A DNA stretch of 64,000 nucleotides from an uncultured cyanobacterium (GTDB lineage: Bacteria > Cyanobacteriota > Cyanobacteriia > Phormidesmidales > Phormidesmidaceae): assembly GCA_963793265.1 (NCBI GenBank), contig CAWBZI010000005.1:32001-96000 (forward strand), read 5' to 3'. The notes below the pieces were generated by a model. That model saw nothing but the letters and a program-made list of their open reading frames with translations, was not told the origin of the DNA and searched no databases. The position numbers and the translations under genes were made by a program. Positions 22,384 through 33,316 of the stretch are shown piece after piece (position 1 is the first letter of the stretch; every line of letters starts with the position of its first letter).

Positions 22384-22671
22384 TTAGCGAACCCATCTTG
22401 TCGCAGCAGGAACCCCGGCTTTTGTTTGATTATCTAAAAAATCCAAGCGAGTCGTTTGAACATCGTCAACGGCTTTAGTATGAACATCCAAATAATCTTC
22501 ACCAGCTTCTGCAATTTTATCAACTGTCTTTGTCTGATTGTTCAAAAACTCCAGGCGAGTTGCTTGGATATTGGTGACTGCTTTAGCTTCGGCGGCATTG
22601 GCGGCAGGGGCGATCGCGGCAGTTGCTAGCGTAGCGGTCAAAGCGAGAGCAGAGAAGAATTGAGTTTTCAT
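22384..22671 (-). CDS. small secreted protein with three 18-aa repeats
   Basis: Sec-type signal peptide (MKTQFFSALALTATLATAAIAPAANA|A), then KAVTNIQATRLEFLNNQT / KTVDKIAEAGEDYLDVHT / KAVDDVQTTRLDFLDNQT. Confidence 0.8.
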   Translation of the reverse strand: MKTQFFSALALTATLATAAIAPAANAAEAKAVTNIQATRLEFLNNQTKTVDKIAEAGEDYLDVHTKAVDDVQTTRLDFLDNQTKAGVPAATRWVR

Positions 22672-22858
22672 GGGTGAATGGCTCCTTTGAGTCAATGTGT
22701 TTGCTTCATTGATTTAAGAATGCCATGGGGCTATAGCCTGGGTCTGAGGCGTGATTAAGCACTTGCTGAGATGTAAACGCAGTTCGGCTGAGGATGACAC
22801 AGCGCAGGCTCAGGATCTTCTCATTAAAGGCGATCACACCAGCAGCATTCTCTTACGC

Positions 22859-24819
22859 CTAAAGCACAAACTCCGCCGCCTGCCCTCGCACAAAGGCAGA
22901 CTTCATCGGCGGCTGCAAAATAAACGCAGGCGGCTCTACCCTCGCAGCCGCCTTCAGCACCGGAAGCTGAACAACAAACTCTGTACCTTTGTATAGCTCA
23001 GAAGAAAACGTCAGCTTGCCGCCGTGCTTTTTAGTCACAACGCTGTAGCTGATAGAAAGACCAATGCCCGTGCCTTTACGCACCGGCTTAGTTGTAAAGA
23101 ACGCATCGAATACGCGATCTTGAATGACTTCTGCAATGCCAATGCCCGTGTCAGCGATCGCAATCTCTACCCACTTACGCCCATCCTGTTCTATCTCCTT
23201 AGTTCGCAGTTTAATCGAACCTCTTTGCCCATTGCCTGAGCGATCGCACATCTCATCTAGCGCATCGATTGCATTCGAGAGCAGGTTCATAAATACCTGA
23301 TTAATTAGCCCCGGATAGCACTCCACCGCAGGGATATCGCCATACTCGCAAGCCACCTCAATAGCAGCGTAGCCCGGCCTCTCGTTTAATCGATGCTGCA
23401 AAATTAACAGCGTACTCTCCAAACCATCCTGAAGATTAGCAGGCTTAAGACCTGACTCGTCAGAGCGAGAGAAGTTTTGTAGCGAAAGGACAATTTGTCG
23501 AATGCGTTCCGTGCCAACTTCCATAGAATCAAGCACTTTGGGCAAGTCTTCTTGAATAAATGCTAAATCAGCCGCCTCAATTTGAGTTTTCAACGCTAGT
23601 GGGCAAGACGGATACTGCGTTTGAAACTCAGCGACTAACGCTAGCAAATCCTTTGTATACTCTCGTACCGGCTCCAAATTGGCGTAGATAAAGTTGATTG
23701 GATTATTTACCTCATGGGCCACACCGGCCACAAGCTGACCCAGGCTAGACATTTTCTCACTTTGCACCATCTGCACTTGAGTATGCTGTAGCTCATCTAA
23801 AAGACTCTCTAATGTCGATGCTTTTTGTGAGAGCGCCGCTTTAGAAACCTGCAACTCTTTGTGGCTGGTCGCTAGCTTAAGCTTAGTCACTTGCAGCTCA
23901 TCGACGATGGATTCTAACGTCGCCGCCTTTTGAGAAAGGGCGGCTTTGGCAACCTGTTCCTTTTGATGACTTTGGGCAAGCGCTGCTTGGGTCTGGTGCA
24001 GCTCGGCTAGCGTTTTCTCTATAGCAGTATTCTTTTGTAGCAGCGCTGCCTGCGACTTTCCGATATCTTGACGGTGCGCTTCCATTTGCTGATTAGCTTG
24101 CCATCGTCCTTTCTCAGCAGCATATCGAGCCAGCTTGTAATAGTTCACACGCGCCAGTAACCCGACCCAAGCAAACAGTAATAGCACTAGCCCAGCGCTC
24201 GTCATCCGGTCAGCATCAGTCCAAATATTGTTACGCGCCGCTAGCCCTGCCTGAATGCGACGCTGAAGCGCTTCATCCCACTCATACAGTCTGCGAGTAT
24301 ACGTTTCCTGTGTTGCTCGGTATGTTTCGCCCGAGAAAAGAGTGAGCGCCGCTTGAGTATCCCCTTGTTGGAGCCGCGCAAAAGCTTCTTTTTCTACTTT
24401 AGTCAGCGCGATCGCCGATGCTTTAACGTCGAGAATAAAAGAGCAGTATCGTCAGACTCTACCAGAGAAACCGTCAGGAAATTCCCCTTTTCTATGAGTT
24501 CCACCAGCAGCGATTCATAGACCTCGTAGCGTCCTTGCCACGCTAGCTCGCCATTCACTGCAGCTCTTGCTGACATACTGAGCATATCAGTATCATGAGA
24601 AATAGCGGTGCCGAGCTGCTGCAGTTGAATGTCTCGATCAAGACGATGCTGTAAGGCTTGAAAACGATTAGCCGCGCTCAGATTGCCCACTGTTAGCAGC
24701 GTGAGGCCCATTGCGATCGCCCCCAGCAGCACCGGGCTAGCGTATCTACCAGCAAGCTGGCCAAATCGAAGACGAGAGACTGGCACCGCGGACATAACTA
24801 AAAAAGCTAACGCTGTCAT
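22859..24819 (-). pseudogene. membrane-bound sensor histidine kinase, frameshifted at about 24403-24450
   Basis: ORF 24403-24855 (TM plus start of sensor domain) and the frame of ORF 22859-24205 join via ...FILDVKASAIALTKVEKEAF..., which aligns with paralog 24978-26750; LGQLVAGVAHEVNNP and HATPase boxes are intact. Confidence 0.82.
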
Positions 24820-24977
24820 AGAGCAACGGTTAGATAATGCCCTAAGACAAATCAAGAATAGTTCAGATCACATGCTATATGTAGGCATTCAGAAAATCTC
24901 CTTACTTCTCACGGTGCATTCACACAATCGCTGTGTGACAAGCGATACAAGCACATTCTCATCGATTCAAAACATCA

Positions 24978-26750
24978 TCATATCGACATTGCCACGGGCG
25001 GCTTTAGCTCATAGTCACTTGCTGAAGCATCAGCCGTTTTTACTGAGATAGGTAGCTGTACAACAAACTTGGCACCGTGGCCAAAGGTAGAATCGCAGGA
25101 GATGCTGCCGCCGTGTTTTTGGGTGACGATAGTGTGACTAATAGACAGCCCAATTCCTGTGCCTTTGCCAACAGGTTTGGTTGTAAAGAACGCATCGAAG
25201 ATACGGCTCTGAATCTCGGCAGGGATACCGACACCAGTATCTAGAATTGCCACCTCAATCCAATCAGCCCCTTCAGCCCCAGTGCAGGCAGACGTTCTAA
25301 TTTCAATAACGCCCCGGTCTTTTTCCGCCGCCTCATCCAACGCATCAATTGCGTTAGAAAGCAGATTCATAAACACCTGATTGAGCTGCCCAGGGTAGCA
25401 CTCTACCGCTGGCAGCACGCCATACTCTCGCACCACCTTCACCGCAGCAACCCCATCATTTGCCTTTAGCCGATGCGCTAAAATCACCAGCGTACTCTCT
25501 AATCCCTCATGAATATCTACGCACTTCAGGCCGCTCTCGTCCGAGCGAGAGAAATTTCGCAGCGACAGCACAATCTGCCGAATGCGCTCAGCGCCCACCT
25601 CCATCGAAGTTAAAATTTTCGGCAAATCTTTTTGCACAAAGGCCAAATCAGCCGCCTCAATATCGGCCTGTAGCGCTAAAGACGGCTTTGGACAATCATG
25701 CTGGTAAGCAGCTACCAGCCGTAGCAATTCGGTGACATATTCTCGAATGGGCTCCAAGTTTGCATAGATAAAGTTCACCGGATTGTTGATTTCGTGTGCC
25801 ACGCCTGCCACCAGTTGACCCAGGCTAGACATCTTCTCACTCTGCACCATTTGCACCTGCGTAAGCTGAAGTTCCGTTAAAATGTCCTCTAGCGTCGAGG
25901 CTTTTTGTTCCAGCGCGGCTTTAGAAACCTGAAGGGCTCGGTTACTCTCTTCTAGCTCGCTCTCAGTCTGTTGCAACGCGCTCAGAATGTTTTCTAACGT
26001 TGTCGCCTTCTGCATCAGCGCTGCTTGTGAAACCTGAAGCGCTCGGTGGCTTTCTTCTAGCTCGCCTTTAGCCCGGCGCAATTTTTGCTCAGCCGCTTTG
26101 CGCAGGCCAATGTACTGCTTCACCATGAAAAGTATAGTGACCCAGGCGATCGCAAGCACCCAAAAGCTCACCATGCTATACATACCGGCCCAGGCAAGGC
26201 GAGTACCGTAACGATTCAAACTAGCCTGATTTTTTTGATTAAGCGCGTTTGACCACTGACGCATACTGCTGGCATACAGCTCTTTTTGGGTTTTATAGGT
26301 ATTGTTGAATAAGACAGATTGGGCGCGATCGCTCATCGAGCGTCGCACAAAATCAAACGCCTCCCGGTTCATCTCACTCAGCTTTCGCGACGCCTGACTG
26401 ATTTGCTCGTCATAGGGTGCATAAGCATTCGGGGCCAACGCCTTCACCTGAGCCAAGCTGCTTGCCAAGATAGGCTCATAAGCCTTATAGCGATCCTCCC
26501 AAGACAAATCTCCAGTGGTCGCCGCCATCCGCACCGACATTGTCATCACCTCATCAAGATGAATAATCTCGCCGCTCAGCCGCTGCACCTGAAAGTCTTC
26601 GGTAATGCCATGCTGAAACCCCTGCGAAACCCGGAAAGTATTAAAGCTGCCCATTGCCACTAGCACCAAACTAATCGCGACTGCAGCCGTCAATACAGGC
26701 ACTAGAAAATCATTCGACAGTCGGCTAAATCTGGAGATAGAAGACTTCAT
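24978..26750 (-). CDS. membrane-bound sensor histidine kinase with helical periplasmic domain and coiled-coil linker
   Basis: Two TMs, HLDEVMTMSVRMAATTGD..WE.RY sensor domain, QSEKMSSLGQLVAGVAHEINNP, FFTTKPVGKGTGIGL. Confidence 0.92.
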   Translation of the reverse strand: MKSSISRFSRLSNDFLVPVLTAAVAISLVLVAMGSFNTFRVSQGFQHGITEDFQVQRLSGEIIHLDEVMTMSVRMAATTGDLSWEDRYKAYEPILASSLAQVKALAPNAYAPYDEQISQASRKLSEMNREAFDFVRRSMSDRAQSVLFNNTYKTQKELYASSMRQWSNALNQKNQASLNRYGTRLAWAGMYSMVSFWVLAIAWVTILFMVKQYIGLRKAAEQKLRRAKGELEESHRALQVSQAALMQKATTLENILSALQQTESELEESNRALQVSKAALEQKASTLEDILTELQLTQVQMVQSEKMSSLGQLVAGVAHEINNPVNFIYANLEPIREYVTELLRLVAAYQHDCPKPSLALQADIEAADLAFVQKDLPKILTSMEVGAERIRQIVLSLRNFSRSDESGLKCVDIHEGLESTLVILAHRLKANDGVAAVKVVREYGVLPAVECYPGQLNQVFMNLLSNAIDALDEAAEKDRGVIEIRTSACTGAEGADWIEVAILDTGVGIPAEIQSRIFDAFFTTKPVGKGTGIGLSISHTIVTQKHGGSISCDSTFGHGAKFVVQLPISVKTADASASDYELKPPVAMSI

Positions 26751-26999
26751 AAGTACGGGTGAGCCAATAGGCAAAGCATAGTAACTGCATTCAGAATTCC
26801 CGAATTAAACACATCAATATAGTTAGTAATGAAGTCGGTTATGCGAAGATAACTCAACAAGAAATCATCTCTCAAAAGCCATTCTTCTTAATAGAATGAA
26901 GCTGTTTTAATTCATACATTTTGCCTTTGCGCTATACGGACTCAAGCTGACTAACTAGATTCCGTGTAAGATGACAAATATTGATCTAGCGCAACAGCA

Positions 27000-27647
27000 A
27001 TGAGCGAAGTTGTAAAAATTAGTTCTTTGACGCTTTCTGAAGTGAAGCAGCGCTTTGGATTAAAAGAAGTCCGCGACCCAACGTTCTTTGATGAATGGCA
27101 GGGAGATCTGCCGGAGAGTTCGTCTCTAGAAAGGCTTTGGCTGGATAAATTGAAAGAAGACTTCTTATCCTTGGAGCAGTATCCGCTTCATGAAGAACTT
27201 GTAAAAATGGCAATGCTCGGGCCACTGCTATCGCTCGCAGGATTTTTCCGATACCCGTTTTACCCGAAAGCAGAGGCAGAGGTATTTTTTACGGCTGAAG
27301 ACGGCGAGGAAACTGCGAAAGGAAGAGTTGATGTATTGGTTGTTCGTGAGCAGTTTTGGGTAGCTGTTGTAGAGTCAAAAAATAAGCGATTTAGTCTGAT
27401 TGAAGCTATTCCACAGGCTTTGTCATACATGATGACAAGCCCAAATACAAGGCTATCAACATTCGGGCTTGTCACAAATGGAACACACTTTGCGTTCTTA
27501 AAGCTAGAGCGGGACGGTGTGCCTCAGTACGCTGTATCAGATGAGCTATCGTTGAAGCGTAGGGGGAATGAGCTTTATTTAGCTTTAGGCACTTTGAGAA
27601 AAATGGGTGAGCTAGTAGTGGCGCGGGAGAGCAGTATGCCTGCCTAA
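27000..27647 (+). CDS. PD-(D/E)xK nuclease, HsdR N-terminal-like small protein
   Basis: GRVDVLV...VVESK motif, QAL.YM, GLVTNG..F.F. Confidence 0.75.
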   Translation: MSEVVKISSLTLSEVKQRFGLKEVRDPTFFDEWQGDLPESSSLERLWLDKLKEDFLSLEQYPLHEELVKMAMLGPLLSLAGFFRYPFYPKAEAEVFFTAEDGEETAKGRVDVLVVREQFWVAVVESKNKRFSLIEAIPQALSYMMTSPNTRLSTFGLVTNGTHFAFLKLERDGVPQYAVSDELSLKRRGNELYLALGTLRKMGELVVARESSMPA

Positions 27648-27675
27648 CTTTCTAATAAAAAAGCACTGAGAATAA

Positions 27676-28305
27676 CTAGGCATCGTCGTAGGGATAAGTT
27701 TCATCGTAGATTTTTTGTAGTCCTTTTCCTTCGTAAGTCCAGTAGGGTGCGGGAGCAACGGCGTAACTATTATTTAACAGCTTTTGTGTTATTGCTGTGA
27801 GTGAGTAATCTATGCATTCATAGATCACCCTCTTCTCGTTTTTCACAATAACAGTCTCATCAGCGCGTGTGAATTTTAAAACTGAATCAATCGGAATTTC
27901 CATTTCGCTAAAGTTCAATGGTGGTCGTCGAGATTTCAGCTTCTTTACGCCTGCTTGAGAATCAGGGTCAATATTGTCTGCTTTATCTTGGATTTCAGGC
28001 GTAACATCTTCTATCGAGACTAATTTAAGCAAGGCGATGGCTTGTTCTGGTTCAATTGAAAAGAACTCACGGTTTGGATTGATTTGATATGGCCTAAAAG
28101 CTCTGTGAAAAGCCTGTTCTGTAGCTGCCTCATCTTCAACACGCGCTGCATACGCACACTCAAACGGCACAGGGACACCTGTTGAGTAAAGCTCAGATAG
28201 TCGAGGCTCAACTGACTCTCTCGCTGTTTTTCCAATTTTGACCAGTCCGGGCATCGCTGGATTTGTCAGTATATAAACAATTCCAGGAATAGATTCGATG
28301 TTCAT
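27676..28305 (-). CDS. GIY-YIG (T5orf172-type) nuclease with C-terminal RAMA/DUF4357-like domain
   Basis: GIVYILTNPAMPGLVKIGKT...R...L..TGVP.PF...NREFF; C-terminal SLTA...YWTYEG. Confidence 0.8.
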   Translation of the reverse strand: MNIESIPGIVYILTNPAMPGLVKIGKTARESVEPRLSELYSTGVPVPFECAYAARVEDEAATEQAFHRAFRPYQINPNREFFSIEPEQAIALLKLVSIEDVTPEIQDKADNIDPDSQAGVKKLKSRRPPLNFSEMEIPIDSVLKFTRADETVIVKNEKRVIYECIDYSLTAITQKLLNNSYAVAPAPYWTYEGKGLQKIYDETYPYDDA

Positions 28306-28447
28306 ACAACTATAATTAACTTATCCATAATTCGAGTATCAGATAGTAACAAAAATGCTGCTTAAGTCGATACTTTCGTCAGAGCATGATGATCGAAGCT
28401 AAAGTTCTCCACATCTAGGAGTAAGAGCACTGCTGTTTATCTCACAG

Positions 28448-28660
28448 CTAGGCGAATAACAAACGTCCTTTAGGTTCTGGAACTGGGCGACCTAGTTCTT
28501 GAGCCGTCTCAATCCACTCTTGAATAACAATTTCTGCATTCTGTACAGCTTCTTGATAGGACTCGCCGTCTGCGGCACAACCTGGAAGCTCAGGCACTTC
28601 TACAATAAAAGCGCTATCTACTTCACTCCAATAAATAATAAGCTCATATCTAACCTTCAT
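28448..28660 (-). CDS. hicB: HicB family antitoxin (short form)
   Basis: FIVEVPELPGC.ADGESYQEA...WIETA...GRPVPEP. Confidence 0.9.
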   Translation of the reverse strand: MKVRYELIIYWSEVDSAFIVEVPELPGCAADGESYQEAVQNAEIVIQEWIETAQELGRPVPEPKGRLLFA

Positions 28661-28910
28661 TCTGTTCTCCCATTTCGTATTTTACGATTACGTCTCGAAC
28701 CTGTTTGATCTGATAAGCTTTGGCTTTACCCTTTTTATTTTGAAGGTTAAGTATCTCATCGACATCTTCCTTTGAGAAAATATGGTGACTTCCTCTAACA
28801 CGTTCGTCAAACCCTAAACTACGAAGCAAGTTACGCAATGGCTCGAAAGGAATGTTTGCATCGGCAGTTCCAAGAAGAATTTTGACTAATAGCTTGTCTC
28901 TTTTGCTCAT
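28650..28910 (-). CDS. hicA: HicA family mRNA interferase toxin
   Basis: L..LGF...RGSHHIF...KAYQIKQ; overlaps hicB by 11 nt. Confidence 0.9.
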   Translation of the reverse strand: MSKRDKLLVKILLGTADANIPFEPLRNLLRSLGFDERVRGSHHIFSKEDVDEILNLQNKKGKAKAYQIKQVRDVIVKYEMGEQNEG

Positions 28911-28923
28911 ATCTACTAATTCA

Positions 28924-30858
28924 TTACGTCACCGACGCCTTCTGTTTCTCTTCCTTACCACTCTCCTTCAAAGATGTCGATCTATCGCGCATCTCTAAAA
29001 ACACCAGCAGCGCATTCATGTCCGCCGGATTCACGCCGCCAATCCGCGTCGCCTGCCCTACGGTCATCGGCTTCACCTTATTCAGCTTCTCCCGAGACTC
29101 CATCGAAAGCGTGTCAATCGTCATATAGTCAAGATCCTGTGGCAAAGAGCGATTTGTTTGCCGAGAGATCTGATCGATCTGCTTTTGCTGCCGCTGGATG
29201 TAGCCTGAGTACTTAATATCAATCTCAGCGCCTTCTTTCTCAGCTCGATTGAGTGAGTCGTTACCGAGCCCATACGCCTCTAACTGCGCGTAATGAAACT
29301 TAGGCCGACGAATGAGATCGGCCAGGGTTACAGATCCCTTTATTTTCTGTTGCGTGTCTGCATAAATTTGCTGCCCAAGCTCATCGTGCTCTTTCACCCT
29401 AACGCTGTGAAGTCTCTCTTTTTCAGCCACAATGTTCGCCTGCTTTTGCTCGTACAGATTCCAGCGGCGATCGCCCACCAGCCCAAGCTCACGCCCCAAC
29501 GGCGTCAGCCGCTGATCGGCATTATCCGAGCGCAAAATCAAACGATACTCCGAGCGCGAAGTTAGCACCCGATAAGGCTCACGCAAATCTTTCGTGCACA
29601 AGTCATCAATCAACGTACCGATATAGCTACCTTCACGCGGGAACACAACCATATCCTGACCGTTGCACAGCCTTGCTGCATTCACACCCGCAACCAGTCC
29701 TTGTGCCGCTGCCTCTTCATAGCCTGTCGTACCGTTGATTTGCCCCGCGCAAAATAAGCCCTCAACCTTTTTTGTCATCAGCGTAGGGAAGCACTGAGTC
29801 GCAGGAAGATAGTCGTAGTCCACCGCGTAAGCAGGACGAAGCATCAGGCAGTTTTCTAAGCCAGGCAGACTTTTCAGCATCTCGGCCTGTAAGGTTTCAG
29901 GCAAACCAGTAGAGAAGCCTTGAATGTAAAGTTCAGGGTAGTCTCGGCCTTCAGGCTCAATGAAAATTTGGTGGCTTTCTTTTTCAGCAAAACGGACAAT
30001 CTTGTCCTCAATACACGGGCAGTAGCGGGGGCCTTTGGATTCGACCCAGCCGCCATAAACCGGGGAAAGGTGGAGGTTGTCGCGCACGAGCTTATGAGTT
30101 TCGGCGGTGGTGCGGGTCATGTAGCAGGGGATTTGCTCGCGCTCGTTCCATTCAGCCGGGTCAAAGCTAAACCAGCGGACATCGGTGTCGCCGGGCTGGG
30201 TATCTAGCTGCCGATAGTCTACAGAGCGCTTGTCTACGCGAGCGGGGGTGCCGGTTTTGAGGCGGCTGGTTTCAAAGCCGAGACGGTTTAGGGTTTCGCT
30301 CATGCCGATGGCGGCGGGCTCTCCGGCGCGGCCTGCAGAAAGGGATTTTTTGCCGACCCAGATGGTGCCGTTGAGGAAAGTTCCAGTCGTGAGGATGACA
30401 GCTTTGCAGCCAAAAGTCATGCCAAAGTAGGTTTCTAGACCAATAATTTCGTTGTTTTTGCCGAGCACCAAATCGGTAGCCATGCCCTCACGCAGCGTCA
30501 GGTTCTCCTGATTTTCAACCACGGACTTCATGACGGCGGCATATTCGCGCTTGTCGGTTTGAGCCCGCAAAGCCCACACAGCAGGGCCGCGTGAGCTATT
30601 GAGAATGCGCTTTTGCAGATAGGTGCGATCGGCAATTTTACCAATCTCGCCGCCGAGGGCATCTACTTCGTGAGTAAGCTGTGACTTGGCAGGGCCACCC
30701 ACGGCTGGGTTGCAGGGCTGCCAGGCAATGCGGTCTAAGTTCATCGTCAGCAGCAGCGTTCGGCACCCCAAGCGGGCAGCGGCTAGGGCTGATTCGCAGC
30801 CTGCATGGCCTGCGCCTACTACAATTACGTCGAATTCGTCTGAAAAGGAGACGCTCAT
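28924..30858 (-). CDS. mnmG: tRNA uridine-5-carboxymethylaminomethyl modification enzyme MnmG/GidA (alternative start 30900)
   Basis: [51 protein letters not shown]. Confidence 0.98.
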   Translation of the reverse strand: MSVSFSDEFDVIVVGAGHAGCESALAAARLGCRTLLLTMNLDRIAWQPCNPAVGGPAKSQLTHEVDALGGEIGKIADRTYLQKRILNSSRGPAVWALRAQTDKREYAAVMKSVVENQENLTLREGMATDLVLGKNNEIIGLETYFGMTFGCKAVILTTGTFLNGTIWVGKKSLSAGRAGEPAAIGMSETLNRLGFETSRLKTGTPARVDKRSVDYRQLDTQPGDTDVRWFSFDPAEWNEREQIPCYMTRTTAETHKLVRDNLHLSPVYGGWVESKGPRYCPCIEDKIVRFAEKESHQIFIEPEGRDYPELYIQGFSTGLPETLQAEMLKSLPGLENCLMLRPAYAVDYDYLPATQCFPTLMTKKVEGLFCAGQINGTTGYEEAAAQGLVAGVNAARLCNGQDMVVFPREGSYIGTLIDDLCTKDLREPYRVLTSRSEYRLILRSDNADQRLTPLGRELGLVGDRRWNLYEQKQANIVAEKERLHSVRVKEHDELGQQIYADTQQKIKGSVTLADLIRRPKFHYAQLEAYGLGNDSLNRAEKEGAEIDIKYSGYIQRQQKQIDQISRQTNRSLPQDLDYMTIDTLSMESREKLNKVKPMTVGQATRIGGVNPADMNALLVFLEMRDRSTSLKESGKEEKQKASVT

Positions 30859-31111
30859 ATTGATCTGCTGCTGAGGGTGCTGGGACTTACTTGTTTTCAT
30901 CTGTCATTCTAGCGACTGTCGGGGGCTTGCTGGGGCTCAGGTTATTTCTAATGAGATTGGTGCGCTATGTCGTTTTATATCGCTAGGATGACGGAGCTAG
31001 ATACGCACAGTTTGGTAGGCTGCTGCTGTATGTAAATACTTTTTTAATAATTAAGCTGAGCAGTTGTTGAGTGAAGCCGCTTTGACCATCCAGCTTTAAG
31101 AGAACCCTATT

Positions 31112-32491
31112 GTGGTAAATGAGATGGATTTTGGTAGGGCATTAGCCCATAAGCAAGACACTATTATTCAAATTTGGATAGATCGGGTGCGCTGTAATGT
31201 GGAAATTGAAAGTACGCAAGGTTTAACGTCTCGGGCCATTTTGGACAGTTTGCCAAAGTTGATTAGCGCGATCGCTCACCTCCTTTCCCAATCCGAATCT
31301 GCCGACATTACCGCTCTACTGCGCCACGGAATAGATCACGGTGCGCTGAGGGCCAAGCAAGGCTACGACGCCGAAGAGATCGCGCGCGAATATGGCATCT
31401 TGCGCAGCGTTATTTTTGACGCTATGGAAAGCGAGCTTTTAGAAAGCAAGCCTGCGCCCGTGCTCAGAACGACGCGGCTGATCAACGGCGCAATCGATAA
31501 GGCGATCGCCCTTTGCATGAAGCGCTATACCGACGAGCGCTTGAAAGAGGTCAATTTGCTATACGACGAACTCCTCGTTAGCAATCAAGAACTAGACTGG
31601 ATAGTTCGCACAGAAAAAACAAATCTATCGCATCTTGCACATGAGCTAAAAAGTCCGCTGAGCAGCATTATTGGCTATTCAGATCTGTTTTTGCGGCAGC
31701 GAGAGATCATGTCGGAGATTCATCCTGAATATGTAGAGCGAGTGCTCAGCAGCGGACGGCAGTTGCTAATGATCATCAACGAGACGCTAGCAGTATCGAC
31801 CTACCGAGCCGGGCAGGTGAAGCTAGCGTCGCAGCCGGTAGAAGTGTGTGAAGTGGTCAAAGAGGTGGTGACGGCGCTGGAAATTTTGGCCCAGCAAAAG
31901 GATCTGCCGATTTCAGTAGCGTGCGAGCCCATCGATCAGCGCGTGATCACAGACGGCGGACGGCTACGGCAGATTTTGACCAACTTAATTAGCAATGCGA
32001 TTCGCTACACAGAATCAGGCCGTATTGATATCTACGTGCGCACGGTAAAAGCAGGCGCACCACCGACGACTTCTTGCGAGCTACCAGATGAGGAACCCGA
32101 CGATTTTTTATATGCAACCGATGAGGCTACGCCGAATCTTTGGGCGCAAAGGCGGCGCGAGCAGGCCGCGAGCCTAGCGGTTTGTGCTGAGTCGGAAGAG
32201 GTGATGGGCGATCGCGTTGAAATTCAGGTCACCGACACCGGGCTAGGCATTGACGTCAAAGAACAGGGCCGCATCTTTGAGCCCTACTACCAAGGGCGCG
32301 CCGGTCGGTGCTCGTCAGATAGCACAGGCTTGGGGCTTGCCATCACCCATCAGATGGTAAAACTACTTCAGGGCAGCATTCACCTGAAGTCTGAGCCGGA
32401 TATCGGCTCAACGTTTACGATTACCCTGCCCATGCGCTATCAGACCCAGGAGGAGATAGCAGCAGACAGTCCACAGCAAGTTCATGTGTGA
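31112..32491 (+). CDS. cytoplasmic histidine kinase with RsbRD_N-like N-terminal domain
   Basis: HG..R..QGYD.EEI.REY..LR; AHELKSPL; NLISNAIRY; DTGLG, TGLGL. Confidence 0.88.
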   Translation: MVNEMDFGRALAHKQDTIIQIWIDRVRCNVEIESTQGLTSRAILDSLPKLISAIAHLLSQSESADITALLRHGIDHGALRAKQGYDAEEIAREYGILRSVIFDAMESELLESKPAPVLRTTRLINGAIDKAIALCMKRYTDERLKEVNLLYDELLVSNQELDWIVRTEKTNLSHLAHELKSPLSSIIGYSDLFLRQREIMSEIHPEYVERVLSSGRQLLMIINETLAVSTYRAGQVKLASQPVEVCEVVKEVVTALEILAQQKDLPISVACEPIDQRVITDGGRLRQILTNLISNAIRYTESGRIDIYVRTVKAGAPPTTSCELPDEEPDDFLYATDEATPNLWAQRRREQAASLAVCAESEEVMGDRVEIQVTDTGLGIDVKEQGRIFEPYYQGRAGRCSSDSTGLGLAITHQMVKLLQGSIHLKSEPDIGSTFTITLPMRYQTQEEIAADSPQQVHV

Positions 32492-32524
32492 GCCCTCACA
32501 ACCAGGCGACAAAACCGAAAACTT

Positions 32525-33298
32525 ATGACCTCTCCTCAGCTCATCGCGTTTGATTTTGATGGCGTTATCTGTGATGGCTTAATCGAATATTTTCAGACAG
32601 CCTGGCAGGCGTATTGCGAGGTTTTTCAGCCTGAAGATTGTGAGCCTCCGCAGGGTTTAGCCGAAAAGTTCTACCCGCTACGGCCCGTGGTTGAAACCGG
32701 GTGGGAAATGCCCGTGCTGATTCGCGCACTGGTGCAGGGTGCAAGTGAGCAAAAGATTTTGGCACAGTGGCCTGAGATGGCGCTGCCTTATTTGGAGGCG
32801 GCGGGTGTGAGTAAGGCGCAGTCGGTGCAGGCGTTGGATGGGGTGCGCGATCGCCAAATTAAAACAGACCTGCAAAGCTGGCTAAATCTACACCGTTTTT
32901 ATCCTGGCATGATCGAGAAAGTGGGTAAACTGTTGCAGAGCGATTTACCCATATACGTTGTCAGCACTAAAGAAGGAAGATTTATCAAAGCGCTGCTAAG
33001 TCAAAGCGGCCTTGATTTCCCAGAAGAGAGAATTATTGGGAAAGAAGTAAAGCAGCCTAAATATGAAACGTTGCGCCTGCTGAGAAAAGAACATTCTGTT
33101 GAAGATATTTGGTTTGTTGAAGACCGCCTGCCTGCGCTCAACGATGTTAAGGCTCAAGATGATTTAGCAAACGTGCAGTTATTTTTAGCAGACTGGGGCT
33201 ATAACTTAGCAGCAGACCGCGAGCAGGCAAGACAAGATCTTCGAATTCATTTACTATCATTAGAGCAAGTAGTACAAAAGTTCGATAGCTGGCAGTGA
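32525..33298 (+). CDS. HAD-family hydrolase
   Basis: FDFDGVICD motif I, STK, FVEDR, WGYN. Confidence 0.9.
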   Translation: MTSPQLIAFDFDGVICDGLIEYFQTAWQAYCEVFQPEDCEPPQGLAEKFYPLRPVVETGWEMPVLIRALVQGASEQKILAQWPEMALPYLEAAGVSKAQSVQALDGVRDRQIKTDLQSWLNLHRFYPGMIEKVGKLLQSDLPIYVVSTKEGRFIKALLSQSGLDFPEERIIGKEVKQPKYETLRLLRKEHSVEDIWFVEDRLPALNDVKAQDDLANVQLFLADWGYNLAADREQARQDLRIHLLSLEQVVQKFDSWQ

Positions 33299-33316
33299 TG
33301 TTGCCGGTAAAAAACC

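Noticed and set aside
24934..24949. CRP/NtcA-like site TGTGA-N6-ATACA upstream of the kinase
   Set aside because: Single imperfect match with no clear matching -10; could be chance
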